Below are positions 59,803-64,000 of a stretch of 64,000 bases of DNA, piece after piece. The stretch is from assembly GCF_009914755.1 (NCBI RefSeq), contig NC_060930.1, one strand, 5' to 3'. The translations under genes and the position numbers were made by a program. Source of the stretch: the human T2T-CHM13v2.0 reference genome, Homo sapiens. Position 1 is the stretch's first letter. Every line of letters begins with the position of its first letter. A model generated the notes under the pieces. The model was not told the origin of the DNA, did not search any database, and saw only the letters and a program-made list of their open reading frames with translations.

Positions 59803-60821
59803 CACGTTTAGAATGCCAAGGAAATGAACAAAAGTATCATCACTTAAGTTTAGATTAAGTGATGTAATATTACTGAATGTCACTTTACTTTGTAAAGCAG
59901 TATGTCCAAACTCTAGTTAAATGGATATATCTTTTATTTGGCTTTCTTTAATTCTGGCACAACTTTTTTTAAAGGCATTTAACAGAGAGGTTCAGGGACA
60001 GTTTTAGGAGAGAACATATAATTACATGCCATTCAAACTGTTTACAAACATGAATGTTACAGAGCTAGCAAAACTGTACTTACATTCTCAGTGAAGCTGT
60101 GATATGCTGGTTTTCATCAGGTAGTTCCATTATTAAAAGTTATTTTTTACAGCGAAGAAATGAAGTTTCCAAAAGAAGCTTGTGTTTTGAATTTGTAATG
60201 ACTACCTGCCCATCATATTGTTTTCTGATAATAAATTACTGAAACTACTTCTCCCTTTTAAAATGACTACTGAAGTACAGTTGTTTTAGATTAAATATAC
60301 CAGTGTAGGTTTGGTTTGAGGGAGATTTTCTGGTAATTCTGCATTTTTTACAAGTGCCTGTGAATTATATGTAAAGAAGACTTTTATAGTAATAATGATA
60401 CGGCTCATTTTTCATATTTGCATGCTTATTTTAGCACCATGAATTGGATTCCTTAACATTCAGATGAAATCTCACTTTGTTTTTGATAATCATAGAATTC
60501 TACAGTTGGAGGTGACTTAGACCATTTCAGTTCCTCACAGGCAGTCCATCTTTTTTATAAATGAAGAGACCTCAAGTCAAATAAAGAGAAACCAGGACTT
60601 TTTCAGGACCATAGAGCAAGTGGCAAAACCAGGGGTAGGCTTGGAATCTTGACCCCTCGTGTTCTTTCTTCCTATTAAAACACAAACAAAAACAAAAGTC
60701 TACCTAAAAAAGATATTTGAGAAAATATAATCATGCTTTAAATTTATTTTAAATTGAGTTTTATTTTGTAGATCTAAATACACATATCATAACATATCAT
60801 AAAAAGTTGTTTTCTTTGAAT

Positions 60822-61109
60822 AAACACAGGAACAGAAAACCAAATACCACATGTTCTCATTTATAAGTGGGAGCTAAACATTGGGTACACCTGGACATAC
60901 AGATGGGAATAACAGACACTGGAGACTACTAGCGGGGAGAGAGGGAGGAGGGCAAGGGCTGAAAAACTATCTATTGGGTACTATGCTCAGTACATGGGTG
61001 ACAGGATCATTTGTACTCCAAACCTCAGCACCAGGCAATATACACATGTAACAAACCTACACATGTACCACTGAATCTAAAATAAAAGTTGAAATTATTT
61101 TAAAAAAAA
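60822..61109 (+). mobile_element. L1PA16/L1PB-class 3' end
   Basis: 'gggctgaaaaactatctattgggtactatgctc...ccaaacctcagc...ctaaaataaaagttgaaattat'. Confidence 0.82.
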
Positions 61110-61684
61110 CATTTTTAAATTTTTATTTTTATTATTCTGTTAAAGGTGACATGTCAACTTTATTCAAGTTGGAACTACACAGAAAGGGGGAGTCACATTT
61201 CTTCCTCAAGATTTTAAAGTGTAGAAGGACATAGATGTACAAGGACACAAAACACTACTGAGAATAATTGAATAACAGTCCTAGATACCATTAGGACATC
61301 TACATTTCTAGAATATTATTGGCTTAATTAAAATTGTCATGGGAAAGTTTCCCTCTAAGATAATTATTTGTTTTCAAATGTGATTTTATCTAAATTTCCC
61401 CAAGACTCCAAGTTTGCTTGGATCATTTTGATCTTAACATTAAATTATAGTAATATAAGGAAACAGGAAAAACATGGTACCAATATTTCTTCAGCTCCCT
61501 TAAATCGTGTGCAGTGTTCCCAGGCCACCGTTTAGAGCCTTTTAATAGCTTTGTATTTTTACCAGAATAGGATTTTTTGTTTTTGGGGAATTTTTGCTGG
61601 AAGAAATGTGACTCTATCGATGCCATGTATGTTACTGCTGGTCTTTTCTCATGTTCACTCCTGAATCTTGGCCTTGCCTACTGT

Positions 61685-61867
61685 GGCCAGGCACAGTGGC
61701 ATGCACCTGCAGTCCCAGCTACTCAGGAGTCCAGGGCAGGAGGATTGCTTGAGCCCTGGAGTTCCGAGGTGTAGTGTGCCATGATCATGCCTGTGTATAG
61801 CCACTTTAACCCAACCTGAACAACTTAACAAAACCCAGCCTCTAAAAATAAATAAATGAATGAATAC
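61685..61867 (+). mobile_element. FAM (fossil Alu monomer)
   Basis: Single monomer that keeps the 7SL-like 'gcctgtgtatagccact' segment diagnostic of FAM. Confidence 0.8.
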
Positions 61868-61941
61868 AAAGTTGCTTTCTGGAGAAATGTTTACGAAAGG
61901 TGGCAGAGTTGTTATTTGTGACCCCTGAAAAAGGCAGGCAG

Positions 61942-64000
<2,059 letters not shown>

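Noticed and set aside
59838-59864. 10-bp-stem hairpin CATCACTTAA...TTAAGTGATG, and the 16-bp palindrome ATTAGAATATTCTAAT near 45214
   Set aside because: Short AT-rich inverted repeats like these are expected by chance in 64 kb.

Overview
AT-rich, repeat-dense primate (human-like) genomic DNA. The only host coding sequence I can support is one 132-bp, phase-0 exon on the + strand (18286-18417; FQVQHYVSQSLVTLGNCSLLRKSIISLLLSEVNGFADDLGAINQ). I recognise it from memory as part of the meiotic double-strand-break factor MEI4 (human chr6q14), so the rest of the window is probably MEI4 intron. The window holds a full-length but inactivated sense-oriented L1PA4-like element (51449-57610), a second young L1PA in inverted orientation that runs off the right edge, several truncated or 5'-inverted L1s, about 14 Alu/FAM elements, ERV LTRs (MER4-type, LTR22/HML-5, MLT1), DNA transposon relics (MER1B, MER5, MER58, MER47, MADE1), MIR/L2 fragments and microsatellites. 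Apart from L1 remnants, the ORF track reflects repeat-derived or random ORFs. I found no evidence of a new multi-gene system. The most notable unexplained structures are: (1) a candidate in-frame 36-nt cryptic exon and tandem in-frame acceptors around the MEI4 exon; (2) an ~80-bp-arm fold-back hairpin enriched in G:U-compatible changes on the MEI4 sense strand; (3) a 183-bp perfect-identity tract between the two inverted L1s, suggesting gene conversion; (4) an AT-rich palindrome split by an LTR22 that still carries a PBS-like stub. Repeat subfamily calls come from remembered consensus features, not from a database search.
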